From an uncultured Gammaproteobacteria bacterium (GTDB taxonomy: Bacteria > Pseudomonadota > Gammaproteobacteria > Magnimaribacterales > Magnimaribacteraceae): DNA of 46,124 nt. Location: NCBI GenBank assembly GCA_964002385.1, contig CAXFFS010000001.1, positions 1 through 46,124 of the forward strand, read 5' to 3'. Of the stretch, positions 25,416 to 35,179 are shown piece by piece; the stretch's first letter is position 1; every line of letters begins with the position of its first letter. The notes below the pieces were generated by a model. It was not told the origin of the DNA. It ran no database searches and saw nothing but the letters and a program-made list of their open reading frames with translations. The position numbers and the translations under genes were made by a program.

Positions 25416-26162
25416 CTAATCTAGATGCTCAACGACCTCTTCAGGAAAATCTGCATTTGAATGTACATTTTGAGTATCATCTAAATCCTCCAAAGCTTCT
25501 AATAGTTTATAAATCTTTATCGAAGTTTCTAAGTCTGTAGAAACACTAGTCTCCGGAACTAAACTAATTTCAGACTCTAGTGTTTCTATTTCTTTATCAA
25601 TTAATGCTTTCTTAACTGGATCAAAATCTTCAGGTAAGGTAGAAATAGTTATTGACTGATCTGAGTTCTCTTCTATATCTTCAGCACCCGCTTCTATTGC
25701 AACCTCAAGTACCTGTTCTAAGCTTGTGTTGTTACTTAATTGTATCAATCCTTTTTTAACAAAAAGATATGAGACAGAACCATCTGTACCTAGGTTTCCT
25801 CCTGCTTTGGAAAAAGCATGCCTTACTTCAGCTACAGTCCTATTGTTGTTATCAGTCATAGATTCAACAATTATGGCGACACCTCCAGGACCATAACCTT
25901 CAAAGGTAGTTTCTTCTAGGTCGTCTCCTTCTGCTGATCCAGATCCCCTTTGTATAGCCCTTTCTATCGTATCTTTTGGCATGTTTGCTGATAAAGCTTT
26001 ATCTAAAGCAGTTCTTAGCCTTGGGTTATCTTCTGCAACTGGCCCTCCTAATCTGGAAGCTACTGTTAGTTCTCTAATCAGACGGGAAAATATTTTTCCC
26101 CTTTTAGCATCTTGACGACCTTTTCTGTGCTTAATATTTGCCCATTTAGAATGTCCAGCCAT
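25416..26162 (-). CDS. yebC: YebC/PmpR family DNA-binding transcriptional regulator
   Basis: 248 aa. MAGHSKWANIKHRKGRQDAKRGKIFSRLIRE is the family N-terminus. Confidence 0.95.
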   Translation of the reverse strand: MAGHSKWANIKHRKGRQDAKRGKIFSRLIRELTVASRLGGPVAEDNPRLRTALDKALSANMPKDTIERAIQRGSGSAEGDDLEETTFEGYGPGGVAIIVESMTDNNNRTVAEVRHAFSKAGGNLGTDGSVSYLFVKKGLIQLSNNTSLEQVLEVAIEAGAEDIEENSDQSITISTLPEDFDPVKKALIDKEIETLESEISLVPETSVSTDLETSIKIYKLLEALEDLDDTQNVHSNADFPEEVVEHLD

Positions 26163-26164
26163 AG

Positions 26165-27937
26165 CTAATCTTCCTTATCAACAATAATTTTTAACTCCTC
26201 TAACTGGTCAGATGAAGCCTGTCCGGGTGCATTCGTCATCAAACATGAAGCTGTCTGTGTTTTAGGGAATGCTATTACATCTCTTATAGATTCAGATGAA
26301 GTCATAAGCATAATTAAGCGATCGTAACCGATTGCTAATCCAGCATGAGGAGGACAACCATGTTGCAGAGCTGATAATAAGAATCCGAATTTTTCCTCCC
26401 CTTCTTTCTTATTTATTCCCAGAACTTCTAATACAGAAGACAACATTTCGTGGTCATGAATACGCACTGATCCTCCTCCTAATTCTAGACCATTAAGGAC
26501 AATATCATATGCATCTGATAAGCAACTTAGAGGATCTTTTTTAAGCTGCTCCTTGCTACATTTAGGTGATGTGAAAGGATGATGTAGGGGAGTGATTTCT
26601 CCACTTGCATTAAGTTCAAACATGGGAAAATCTGTTATCCAACAAGGGGCCCAATCACTAGTTAATAAATTGAGTTTTTTTCCTAACTCAATTCTCAGAG
26701 CAGCTAAAGAGTCATTAACTATTTTCTTAGGTCCAGCTCCAAAGAAGATAATATCCCCTTTCTGAGCTCCCACCCTTTGTAATAAAGTTTTTACAATATC
26801 ATCTTCCAAAAACTTGAGAATAGGTGACTGTAAGCCTTCCTTACCCTTCCCTGGGTCTTCTACTCTTATATAAGCTAATCCCTTAGCTCCAAAATTTGAT
26901 ACAAATTCAGTGTAGTCATCTATTTGTTTCCTAGTTAGAACTTCTCCTCCAGGTACTCTTAAACATGCTATTTTTGAATCTTTAGAGTTTGCTGGATCGT
27001 TAAAAACTTTAAATTCAGTACTTACAAACAATTCTGATACATCTTCTAGTTCAAGAGGGTTTCTTAAATCAGGTTTGTCGGTACCGAATTTGGCAATTGC
27101 ATCTTCATAAGTCAAAGTTGGAAATTTTCCCAGCTTAATATTTAGAACTTCAAAGAAGATTTTTTTTAATAAATCAGTCACTAGGTCTTTAATATTTTGC
27201 GAGGTTACAAAAGAGCACTCTAAATCTATCTGAGTAAATTCTGGTTGCCTATCAGAGCGCAGATCTTCATCCCTAAAGCATCGAGCGAATTGGTAGTACC
27301 GTTGAAACCCTGAAGCCATTAAAGTTTGTTTAAATAACTGTGGAGACTGAGGGAGCGCAAAAAATGAACCTGGAAATGTTCTACTAGGCACAAGATAGTC
27401 CCTTGCTCCTTCTGGAGTTGCCTTAGTAAGCAAAGGAGTCTCAATTTCAATAAATTCATTAGTTTCAAGATAATCTCTAACACATTTAGAAGTTTTAGAT
27501 CTTAATCTAATATTTTTTTGCATTTCTTCTCTTCTTAAATCTAAGAACCTGTATTTAAGTCTAGTTTCTTCACCTACTGAAGCGTGCTCATCTAATTGGA
27601 AAGGTATAGGTAAAGAAGGGTTAAGAATTTTAAGAGAGGATCCAACTACCTCTACTTCCCCTGTATCTAACTCTAGGTTAACTGTTCCTTCTGGTCTTTC
27701 CCTCACTTTTCCTTCAACTGAAATTACGTATTCATTCCTACAAGTCTCTGCCAATGCAAAAGTGTCCTTTTCTTCTGGGTTGCAGACCACTTGGACTAAA
27801 CCAGACTCATCTCTTAAATCAAAGAAAATGACTCCCCCATGATCTCTTCTTCTGTGTATCCAGCCACAAACCTCAACAACTGAGTTAAGTTTCTTCTTGG
27901 TTATAGATCCGCATTTTACTGTTTCTATATTCTTCAT
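26165..27937 (-). CDS. aspS: Aspartate--tRNA ligase
   Basis: 590 aa. It has an OB-fold N-terminus ([19 protein letters not shown]), class II motifs ([27 protein letters not shown]) and a GAD insertion. Confidence 0.97.
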   Translation of the reverse strand: MKNIETVKCGSITKKKLNSVVEVCGWIHRRRDHGGVIFFDLRDESGLVQVVCNPEEKDTFALAETCRNEYVISVEGKVRERPEGTVNLELDTGEVEVVGSSLKILNPSLPIPFQLDEHASVGEETRLKYRFLDLRREEMQKNIRLRSKTSKCVRDYLETNEFIEIETPLLTKATPEGARDYLVPSRTFPGSFFALPQSPQLFKQTLMASGFQRYYQFARCFRDEDLRSDRQPEFTQIDLECSFVTSQNIKDLVTDLLKKIFFEVLNIKLGKFPTLTYEDAIAKFGTDKPDLRNPLELEDVSELFVSTEFKVFNDPANSKDSKIACLRVPGGEVLTRKQIDDYTEFVSNFGAKGLAYIRVEDPGKGKEGLQSPILKFLEDDIVKTLLQRVGAQKGDIIFFGAGPKKIVNDSLAALRIELGKKLNLLTSDWAPCWITDFPMFELNASGEITPLHHPFTSPKCSKEQLKKDPLSCLSDAYDIVLNGLELGGGSVRIHDHEMLSSVLEVLGINKKEGEEKFGFLLSALQHGCPPHAGLAIGYDRLIMLMTSSESIRDVIAFPKTQTASCLMTNAPGQASSDQLEELKIIVDKED

Positions 27938-27949
27938 ATTCTGTACCGT

Positions 27950-28246
27950 TTAAGAACTTTCTGATTTCTCTTCTTTCTTTTTACCTTCATCTTTCTTTAC
28001 TTTATTCTCAGTCTTAGTTTTACTTACATTACCTTGCTTATCTTCATCATTTTTAGCCAGATTTTTCTTTTTTCCAGTTTTAAAGTCAGTTTCATACCAA
28101 CCTGTCCCTTTAAGCCTAAAAGATGGAGCTGTTGGAATCTGTTTAAGTTTAGGATTATTTAACTTAAAAGAATCAAGTTCAGATATCTTCATCTGAACTT
28201 CAATCAACTTTCTTTTACCTTTTTCCTTAAATACGTAAGTGGGCAT
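27950..28246 (-). CDS. FmdB-family zinc-ribbon homologue that has lost all four cysteines, with a Lys/Glu-rich tail
   Basis: 98 aa. MPTYVF......IEV......P.....APSFRLKGTGWYETDF parallels FmdB proteins (MPIYEY.C..CG..FE...CP.CG.....F.LKG.GWY.TDF). The protein contains no Cys at all. Confidence 0.55.
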   Translation of the reverse strand: MPTYVFKEKGKRKLIEVQMKISELDSFKLNNPKLKQIPTAPSFRLKGTGWYETDFKTGKKKNLAKNDEDKQGNVSKTKTENKVKKDEGKKKEEKSESS

Positions 28247-28343
28247 ACTAATTGAGTGAGAATTATACCAACATAAGCTTATTTACTTATTATCTCGTTT
28301 ACTCTTTTACTAAATGTTAATATTGAGAAGGTAAAAATTAACC

Positions 28344-29615
28344 ATGAAAACTAGTAATTTACTCTTAGCAACTCAAAGAGAAAACCCTTCTGATGCAGAA
28401 ACTATAAGCCATAAATTAATGTTAAAGGCAGGGTTAATAAGACAGGTAGCATCGGGTGTATATAACTGGTTGCCTCTAGGAGTAAAAGTCCTTAGAAAGG
28501 TAGAAAATATTGTTAGAAGAGAAATGGAAAATTCGGGAGCACAAGAAATCTTGATGCCAATGGTTCAACCTGGAGAATTGTGGAAAGAATCAGGAAGATG
28601 GCAACAATACGGTCAAGAGTTATTAATTTTTGAAGATAGACACGATAGAGAATTCTGCTTAGGTCCTACCCACGAAGAAGTAATTACAGACTTGTGTAGA
28701 AATGAAATAAGAAGTTACAAACAGCTTCCTGTTATCTTCTACCAAATACAGACAAAATTTAGAGATGAAATTAGACCTAGGTTTGGTGTTATGAGATCTA
28801 GAGAGTTCATTATGAAAGATGCTTATTCTTTTGATCTTTCGGAACAACAAATGGATGACAGTTATCAAAGCATGAGAGATGCATACATAAAGATTTTTAA
28901 TTCACTTGGCTTAGATTACAGAATAGTAAAAGCAGACAGTGGAGCTATAGGGGGGGCTGATTCAGAAGAATTTCATGTATTAGCAGATTCTGGTGAAGAT
29001 CTACTAGCTTTTAGCGACAAAAGCGATTATGCAATTAATGCTGAATTGTTAATAGAATCAAAATCTGACCAGGATCCGGGAAGCCTGGAAGGACAAGATA
29101 GTCCTGATGGAAAGGGTAAGTTAAAATTAAAAAGAGGCATTGAAGTAGGCCATATCTTCAAACTAGGAAGAAAATACTCTGAGAGTATGAAACTTACCAT
29201 CCAATCTGAGAAAGGAAATATTCACCCTGAAATGGGCTGTTATGGCATAGGTATATCAAGAATAGTTGCTGCTGCTATCGAACAAAGTCATGATGATAAA
29301 GGAATAATCTGGTCTAAAGAAATCAGTCCTTACACAACTGCCTTAGTTGAAATAAACCCTAAAGGTGAGGAAAACCTTAAAAATCTTTGTACCCAAATAT
29401 ACACCTCTTTAAAAGAGAGAGGACATGAAGTTCTTTGGGATGATAGGGATCAAAGTGCTGGGGTAAAATTTTCTGATATGGAATTAATTGGAATACCTCA
29501 AATGATTATCATTGGAGAAAAATCTTTTAGAGAAAATAAGGTTGAATTTAAGATAAGGGGTGAAGATAAGATAGTCTCACTCACCCCAGATGAAGTTCTA
29601 AATAAAATTCAATAA
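28344..29615 (+). CDS. proS: Proline--tRNA ligase, bacterial type, lacking the INS editing domain
   Basis: 423 aa and collinear with E. coli ProRS through motif 2 and ...FSDKSDYAINAEL. After a ~25-aa linker it resumes at SPDGKGKLKLKRGIEVGHIFKLG.KYSE (motif 3 region). The ~180-aa insertion domain is absent. Confidence 0.92.
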   Translation: MKTSNLLLATQRENPSDAETISHKLMLKAGLIRQVASGVYNWLPLGVKVLRKVENIVRREMENSGAQEILMPMVQPGELWKESGRWQQYGQELLIFEDRHDREFCLGPTHEEVITDLCRNEIRSYKQLPVIFYQIQTKFRDEIRPRFGVMRSREFIMKDAYSFDLSEQQMDDSYQSMRDAYIKIFNSLGLDYRIVKADSGAIGGADSEEFHVLADSGEDLLAFSDKSDYAINAELLIESKSDQDPGSLEGQDSPDGKGKLKLKRGIEVGHIFKLGRKYSESMKLTIQSEKGNIHPEMGCYGIGISRIVAAAIEQSHDDKGIIWSKEISPYTTALVEINPKGEENLKNLCTQIYTSLKERGHEVLWDDRDQSAGVKFSDMELIGIPQMIIIGEKSFRENKVEFKIRGEDKIVSLTPDEVLNKIQ

Positions 29616-29635
29616 ATTTATCTGAGAAAGAGAAA

Positions 29636-30676
29636 TTATTTTTTTTCAGCTAAAGTTTCTAGTATCTGCTTTTCTATTTTTTCAGCGATCTTAGGATTTT
29701 CTTGTAGAAATTCAACAGCTTTAGCCTTACCTTGTCCTATCTTCTCACCTTCCAAGCTGTACCAAGATCCAGCTTTTTCTAAGATGCCTAAATCAGACCC
29801 TCTGTCTAAAAGCTCACCTAACCTGTTTATACCTTTATTGTAAATAATTTGAAATTCAGCCTGTTTAAAGGGTGGAGAAACTTTATTTTTTACAACTTTA
29901 ACTCTAGTTTCATTTCCTACAACCTCATCTCCTTCTTTAACAGTACCAATCCTTCTAATATCTAATCGGCAGGAGGCATAGAATTTAAGGGCATTACCTC
30001 CAGAAGTAGTTTCTGGACTTCCAAACATAACCCCTATTTTGTGTCTAATCTGATTGATAAAGATAACTAAAGTATTTGATTTCTTAACATTACCCGTAAT
30101 TTTTCTCAAAGCTTGTGACATCAACCGAGCTTGTAAACCCATATGAGAATCACCCATTTCTCCTTCTATCTCAGCTTTGGGAACCAAAGCAGCCACTGAG
30201 TCAATGACCAATACATCTACTCCGCCTGAATGGACCAATATATCTGTTATTTCTAGAGCTTCTTCGCCTGTATCTGGTTGTGAAATTAATAACTCTTCAA
30301 CATTAACACCAAGTTTCTCTGCATATATGGGATCTAAAGCATGTTCAGCATCAATAAATGCCGCTGTCCCACCTAGTTTTTGGCATTGAGCAATGACCTC
30401 TAAAGTCAACGTTGTTTTTCCTGAAGATTCAGGACCATATATTTCAACAACTCTTCCTTTAGGTAAACCCCCTATTCCTAGTGCAATATCTAACCCTAAT
30501 GAACCTGTAGGTATGGATGGAATCTTTTCAAGGACTTTGTCGCCCATGCGCATAATTGCTTTCTCGCCCGGCCCTTTATCAAATCTTGATCCAATCTGTT
30601 TTAATGCGTTCTCTAAACTATTTGTTCTATCTTTCTCTTTATTCACTTCAATACTAGTTACCTTTTTCTGTGCCAT
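29636..30676 (-). CDS. recA: Recombinase RecA
   Basis: 346 aa. It has the Walker A motif GPESSGKTT and the sequence [20 protein letters not shown]. Confidence 0.98.
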   Translation of the reverse strand: MAQKKVTSIEVNKEKDRTNSLENALKQIGSRFDKGPGEKAIMRMGDKVLEKIPSIPTGSLGLDIALGIGGLPKGRVVEIYGPESSGKTTLTLEVIAQCQKLGGTAAFIDAEHALDPIYAEKLGVNVEELLISQPDTGEEALEITDILVHSGGVDVLVIDSVAALVPKAEIEGEMGDSHMGLQARLMSQALRKITGNVKKSNTLVIFINQIRHKIGVMFGSPETTSGGNALKFYASCRLDIRRIGTVKEGDEVVGNETRVKVVKNKVSPPFKQAEFQIIYNKGINRLGELLDRGSDLGILEKAGSWYSLEGEKIGQGKAKAVEFLQENPKIAEKIEKQILETLAEKK

Positions 30677-30715
30677 GTCTACCTCCTAAAGGGTTTACAG
30701 GGCAATTATACATAA

Positions 30716-30735
30716 TACTGTATAAATAAACAGTA
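30716..30735. promoter_or_regulatory. LexA (SOS) box upstream of recA
   Basis: TACTGTATAAATAAACAGTA is a perfect CTGT-N8-ACAG palindrome. It lies 40-59 nt upstream of the recA start codon. Confidence 0.8.
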
Positions 30736-30739
30736 TTAT

Positions 30740-31264
30740 TTAAGTGTTCTTTAAGAGCTTAATTGTACCCAATAAAGCTCTTTCAACGGAGAAATATCTG
30801 ACATCATTCCTTTCCCCTGAGAAATGTTCTGTAGAAGTTACTATTTCTTGATCATTTACTTTCCAAGCAAAACAAACTGTTCCGACAGGTTTAGTTTCGG
30901 TGCCTCCTGTAGGTCCTGCAATTCCACTTATAGCTACTCCAACATTCGCACCTGATTTACTTAAAGCACCCGAGACCATTTGTCCTACAATTTCTTCACT
31001 TACCGCACCAAAATTGTCTAAGTCAGATGAAGAGACACCCAAAATTTGGGTTTTAGCTTCATAGGAATATGTTATAAAAGAAGATCCAAACCATTTTGAA
31101 CTTCCTGGAACAGAAGTTAGAGAATGTCCTACCCAACCACCGGTACAGGACTCTGCACAAGTGAAGGAATACCCTTTTGACTTAAGTAGTTCGCCTAATT
31201 CAAAACTGATTGATACTAACTTTTCTTGATTCAAAAAAGGTCCTTCTAAATGAGTAAAGCGCAA
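30740..31264 (-). CDS. pncC: Nicotinamide-nucleotide amidohydrolase PncC (CinA C-terminal domain protein)
   Basis: 174 aa with a TTG start. It has the CAESCTGGW motif and lies upstream of recA as in E. coli (ygaD-recA). The exact start is uncertain. Confidence 0.85.
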   Translation of the reverse strand: MRFTHLEGPFLNQEKLVSISFELGELLKSKGYSFTCAESCTGGWVGHSLTSVPGSSKWFGSSFITYSYEAKTQILGVSSSDLDNFGAVSEEIVGQMVSGALSKSGANVGVAISGIAGPTGGTETKPVGTVCFAWKVNDQEIVTSTEHFSGERNDVRYFSVERALLGTIKLLKNT

Positions 31265-31339
31265 TTAGACCAGAAATCAAATTATTGTCCAGATAGTAGT
31301 TAATTGGATATATTGCTAAAATCTACCCTTCATAATGTT

Positions 31340-31663
31340 ATGGCTTTTATAGTTGTAGAATCCTGTATTAAATGCAAGCTCACTGACTGCGTTGAGGTCT
31401 GTCCCGTGGATTGTTTTTATGAGGGACCAAACATGCTTGTAATCAATCCTGATGAATGTATTGATTGTGCTTTATGTGAACCTGAATGTCCTGTAGATGC
31501 AATTTACTCAGAAGATGAGCTTCCAGAGGATCAAATTCAATTTATAGAATTAAATGCAGAGCTATGCATGGAATGGCCTAATATTACCGAAGAAAAAGAC
31601 CCTCCTGAAGACGCCGATGAATGGAGAGAAGTAAAAAATAAAATTAAATATCTCGAAAAGTAG
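31340..31663 (+). CDS. fdxA: Ferredoxin FdxA (7Fe, [3Fe-4S][4Fe-4S] Azotobacter type)
   Basis: 107 aa from the ATG at 31340. [55 protein letters not shown] is nearly collinear with A. vinelandii FdI. The track ORF starts 36 nt upstream at a TTG. Confidence 0.93.
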   Translation: MAFIVVESCIKCKLTDCVEVCPVDCFYEGPNMLVINPDECIDCALCEPECPVDAIYSEDELPEDQIQFIELNAELCMEWPNITEEKDPPEDADEWREVKNKIKYLEK

Positions 31664-32516
31664 AAGATAATTTTTGTAAGAGAAAAATAAATAAAACTCC
31701 TAGAATTAAGCCTGAAAAGGTTTCAATATAACCTAATTGATATTCGGGTAGAGAAATCTTCCATTCATCAGATTTCCATAGTAAAGGAATGCTCAAAAAG
31801 ACTAAGGAATAAAAGAAACCTAAAAGGTGGTCGGGATAATCTTCATAAGCTTTTTTAACTACCCTAATGAAAAGTAAGAGACCTACTAAACATCCTGCAA
31901 ATAAACTTGAAAGAACAATTAAATTAAAATCTTTAATTGAAATAATAACTAACTCGTAAATACCTAACAGTACCAATATAAAACTTCCAGAAATACCTGG
32001 GAGTATAAAAGCACATACTCCAACAAATCCTCCAAAAAATATGTAAATTAGACTAACTTCTCTAAATTCATTAGACGGGAAACTCCATGCCAAAGTTATT
32101 ACTAAACAAGCTAACAAAAATCCTAAGAAAAACTTTTTATCAAGCTTCTCAGGTTTTAAGGGTTTGTAAAATAAAGAAGTGAAGAGAATGCCAGAGAAGA
32201 AGGCCTTGAGAAAGAATGGGAAATTATGAAAAAAGAAAACAATTATTGAGGAAAGGGATAATACAGATACGATCATCCCTAGAACCAAGAAAAGAAGAAA
32301 ATTGGTATCAGATTGGCGCCAAGATTGTTTAAAACTTCCACTTAATATACCTTTCAAAAAAGTAAAATTAATATTTGAAATAGCCCTTATTAATCTTTCG
32401 TAAATACCTAATATAAGAGCAATTGTTCCGCCAGAAACTCCTGGGATTAATTCAGCAACTCCCATAATCATGCCTTTAAAGAAAATGGATAGATTAGATT
32501 TCATAAAAAGTACCAA
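31644..32516 (-). CDS. DUF368 family membrane protein (PopT-type undecaprenyl-phosphate translocase family)
   Basis: 290 aa, polytopic, with duplicated LIPG(V/I)SG(G/S) motifs ([16 protein letters not shown] and [16 protein letters not shown]). Its 3' end overlaps the fdxA 3' end by 20 nt. Confidence 0.8.
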   Translation of the reverse strand: MVLFMKSNLSIFFKGMIMGVAELIPGVSGGTIALILGIYERLIRAISNINFTFLKGILSGSFKQSWRQSDTNFLLFLVLGMIVSVLSLSSIIVFFFHNFPFFLKAFFSGILFTSLFYKPLKPEKLDKKFFLGFLLACLVITLAWSFPSNEFREVSLIYIFFGGFVGVCAFILPGISGSFILVLLGIYELVIISIKDFNLIVLSSLFAGCLVGLLLFIRVVKKAYEDYPDHLLGFFYSLVFLSIPLLWKSDEWKISLPEYQLGYIETFSGLILGVLFIFLLQKLSSTFRDI

Positions 32517-32524
32517 AAAAAGAT

Positions 32525-33211
32525 TTATTCAACTCTGCCGCCTAAAAAGGGAACAAAGAGCACTTTTTCTACAACTTCTGTTTCGTATTTATCTTTCCCT
32601 ATTTTTTTTATTAGTGACAGGTCTTGAACCTCCCTATCTCCTATAGGAGCAACTAATCTTCCTCCAACATTTAGCTTATCTAGAAAGTAAGAAGGAACTT
32701 CTAAAGGAGCAGCTGCAAATAATATGGCATCATAATTTTCTGAAGAATCTCTAAAGTTTGACCCATCGTCAAATAGAAGCCTTACATTCCTAATTTTTAG
32801 GTTCTTTAAATTCATGGCAGCCTTATCGTGCAATGCTTTAATCCTTTCCAAAGAATGCACGGATTTAGAGAAACGAGAAAGAATTGCAGCTTGATAGCCA
32901 CAACCTGTTCCGACTTCTAAAGCTTTTTCTATGGGTTGTGCTTCCAATTTTTTATCTTCTATCAGAATCTCAGTCATCCTTGCAACTATATATGGTTGAG
33001 AAATTGTTTGTTGATATCCTATGGGCAATGCAAGGTCTTCATAAGCTCTTGAAGCTAGAGCTTCATCTAAAAATAAATGTCTCGGTGTGTCCCTCATTGC
33101 CTCTAAGACCCTTACGTCTTTAATACCTTTTTCAGTCAATCTTTCTACCAGTCTCTGTCTGGTCCTCAGAGAGGTCATCCCAAGGCCCTGAGTTTTTCTT
33201 TTTTCTAACAT
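32525..33211 (-). CDS. pcm: Protein-L-isoaspartate O-methyltransferase
   Basis: 228 aa. It has QTISQPYIVARM and the SAM motif LEVGTGCGYQAAIL. Confidence 0.95.
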   Translation of the reverse strand: MLEKRKTQGLGMTSLRTRQRLVERLTEKGIKDVRVLEAMRDTPRHLFLDEALASRAYEDLALPIGYQQTISQPYIVARMTEILIEDKKLEAQPIEKALEVGTGCGYQAAILSRFSKSVHSLERIKALHDKAAMNLKNLKIRNVRLLFDDGSNFRDSSENYDAILFAAAPLEVPSYFLDKLNVGGRLVAPIGDREVQDLSLIKKIGKDKYETEVVEKVLFVPFLGGRVE

Positions 33212-33213
33212 GC

Positions 33214-33987
33214 TTAGTTAAAAGAGTTTATCCATTCTTTTAGCAATTGATCGTAATCGTTTACTAAAAATCTTGGTCCAATTGGACTAATAGAGACTTC
33301 GCCTCTGGTTAAGGTTGCAATATCAGAGTTTTCTTCATTCTCAGGTACTTTATTTCTGTGAGTTATCCAGAATTGATCTTTTCCTGAATTTAAAGTTTCT
33401 TTACGTGGCGGGTTTCTTTTTCCCCACGAACCAGGGTAAGTGAGTTTTAGTCTATTAATCTCTTCATAATTAAGATTAGGAACATTAACATTTAGTGTTA
33501 TTTTAGAATCTATTTTAATTTCGTGTAATTTCTCAATGATATCTGCACCTATCTTTGCAGCAGTTAAAAAATTAGGTTGGGATTTACCTTCTGAACCAGG
33601 TTGTATAAATGCTGCTGCAGAAATAGCAATTGATGGAATAGAAAATTCCCTACCTTCCATGGCTGCCCCAACCGTACCGGAATAGAGTAAATCTTCTGCC
33701 ATATTTGCCCCATAGTTTATACCGCTCAACAATAAATCTGGTTCAAATGGACAAAGTTGATTTAAACCCAAATGTACACAATCAACTGGAGTTCCGTTGA
33801 TAGCTATAAAATTTTCTTTTATTTTAATGGGGAATAGAGGCCTTTTGGTTGTAATAGATGAACCAGCTCCGCTCATTTCTTTTTCCGGAGCTATAACGAA
33901 AACCTCATGTTCCTTTATTAATTGGTCGTGAAGTACATTTATGCCTTCAGCATGAATGCCGTCATCATTACACAGCATTATTTTCAT
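33214..33987 (-). CDS. surE: 5'/3'-nucleotidase SurE
   Basis: 257 aa. It has MKIMLCNDDGIHAEGI and GINYGAN...YSGTVGAAMEG. Confidence 0.95.
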   Translation of the reverse strand: MKIMLCNDDGIHAEGINVLHDQLIKEHEVFVIAPEKEMSGAGSSITTKRPLFPIKIKENFIAINGTPVDCVHLGLNQLCPFEPDLLLSGINYGANMAEDLLYSGTVGAAMEGREFSIPSIAISAAAFIQPGSEGKSQPNFLTAAKIGADIIEKLHEIKIDSKITLNVNVPNLNYEEINRLKLTYPGSWGKRNPPRKETLNSGKDQFWITHRNKVPENEENSDIATLTRGEVSISPIGPRFLVNDYDQLLKEWINSFN

Positions 33988-33993
33988 AAAAAA

Positions 33994-34473
33994 CTATTTA
34001 ATCCTTTTTTCAATCAGGGAAACTGTTTGGCAAGCAATTCCTCTTTTTTCTCCTTCAAAGCCCAAGCCATCTGTTGTAGTAGCCTTACAACTAACGCACC
34101 CCTTTTCAACTCTAAGGTCCTTAGAAAGAAAATCAATTATTAAATCTGCTTTTTGGTTAATTTTTGGGGTTTCTGTTATTAAAGTAATATCAACATTGAT
34201 AACTTTATATTTATTTGCATCCAGGAGATCCATAACTTGAGTTAAAAGAACTCTACTTGATATGTCTTTATTTTTTGGATCTTTTGATGAAAACAGACTA
34301 CCAATATCACCTAATGCAGCTGCTCCTAAAAGAGAATCAATAACAGAATGGATAATAACATCTCCATCGGAGTATGCTTCTAAGGCATATTCACATTCAA
34401 TAAAAACACCACCGAGATACATCCCCTTTCCGGGTATGAGTTTATGGGCATCATATCCAATTCCAACTCTCAA
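33994..34473 (-). CDS. ispF: 2-C-methyl-D-erythritol 2,4-cyclodiphosphate synthase
   Basis: 159 aa with a TTG start. It has RVGIGYDAHKL and SDGDVIIHSVIDSLLGAAALGDIG. Confidence 0.95.
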   Translation of the reverse strand: MRVGIGYDAHKLIPGKGMYLGGVFIECEYALEAYSDGDVIIHSVIDSLLGAAALGDIGSLFSSKDPKNKDISSRVLLTQVMDLLDANKYKVINVDITLITETPKINQKADLIIDFLSKDLRVEKGCVSCKATTTDGLGFEGEKRGIACQTVSLIEKRIK

Positions 34474-34474
34474 A

Positions 34475-35179
34475 TTAACTCTCCATTCTTCCTTGAGAAG
34501 AAAGTATTGATTTAATCAAATTTAAATCTTCAGGAAAGGTTAGTTTTATATTATCTTTAAACCCTTGAACCATTTTTAATTTTCCACCATTAGCTTCTAT
34601 TAAACTAGCTTCATCAGTAAATTCTTTATTTAGATTCTCTTCTGAAACATTTTTTACTAGGACTTCTTTTTTAAAAATTTGAGGAGTAAAGGCTCTCCAT
34701 AGCTCAGCTCTATCAAGAGTACTTAATATAAAAGATTCCTTAACTGATACTTTCTTTATGGTATCTGAACAAGGGATGCCTAAAACAACTCCATCTACTT
34801 CATTGTCTATTGAATCAAGTGCTAGTTGAACATCAGAGCTCCTTAAACAAGGCCTCACAGCATCGTGGATAAGAAAATAATCAAAGGATACATCTGACTG
34901 TTCCCAGAATTTAATTCCGTTAGCAACAGATTTGAATCTGCTATGTCCCCCTTCAGCTATAAAGATTTTAGGATTATCTATTGGATCTAGAGCTTTATGG
35001 TATTGATCATCAGGTGGAACTAGCACGCAAATTCCAATACATTCAGAAAAATCTAGAAGGGGTCTAATACTTAACTCAAGCACGGTTCTTCCATCTAGTT
35101 TCAGGAATTGTTTTGGTACTTCTCCAGAGTACCTACTACTCTTCCCGGCAGCTGGAATAATGGCAACAAAGTTATTCAT
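34475..35179 (-). CDS. ispD: 2-C-methyl-D-erythritol 4-phosphate cytidylyltransferase
   Basis: 234 aa. It has IIPAAGKSSRY..EVPKQFL and HDAVRPC. Confidence 0.95.
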   Translation of the reverse strand: MNNFVAIIPAAGKSSRYSGEVPKQFLKLDGRTVLELSIRPLLDFSECIGICVLVPPDDQYHKALDPIDNPKIFIAEGGHSRFKSVANGIKFWEQSDVSFDYFLIHDAVRPCLRSSDVQLALDSIDNEVDGVVLGIPCSDTIKKVSVKESFILSTLDRAELWRAFTPQIFKKEVLVKNVSEENLNKEFTDEASLIEANGGKLKMVQGFKDNIKLTFPEDLNLIKSILSSQGRMES

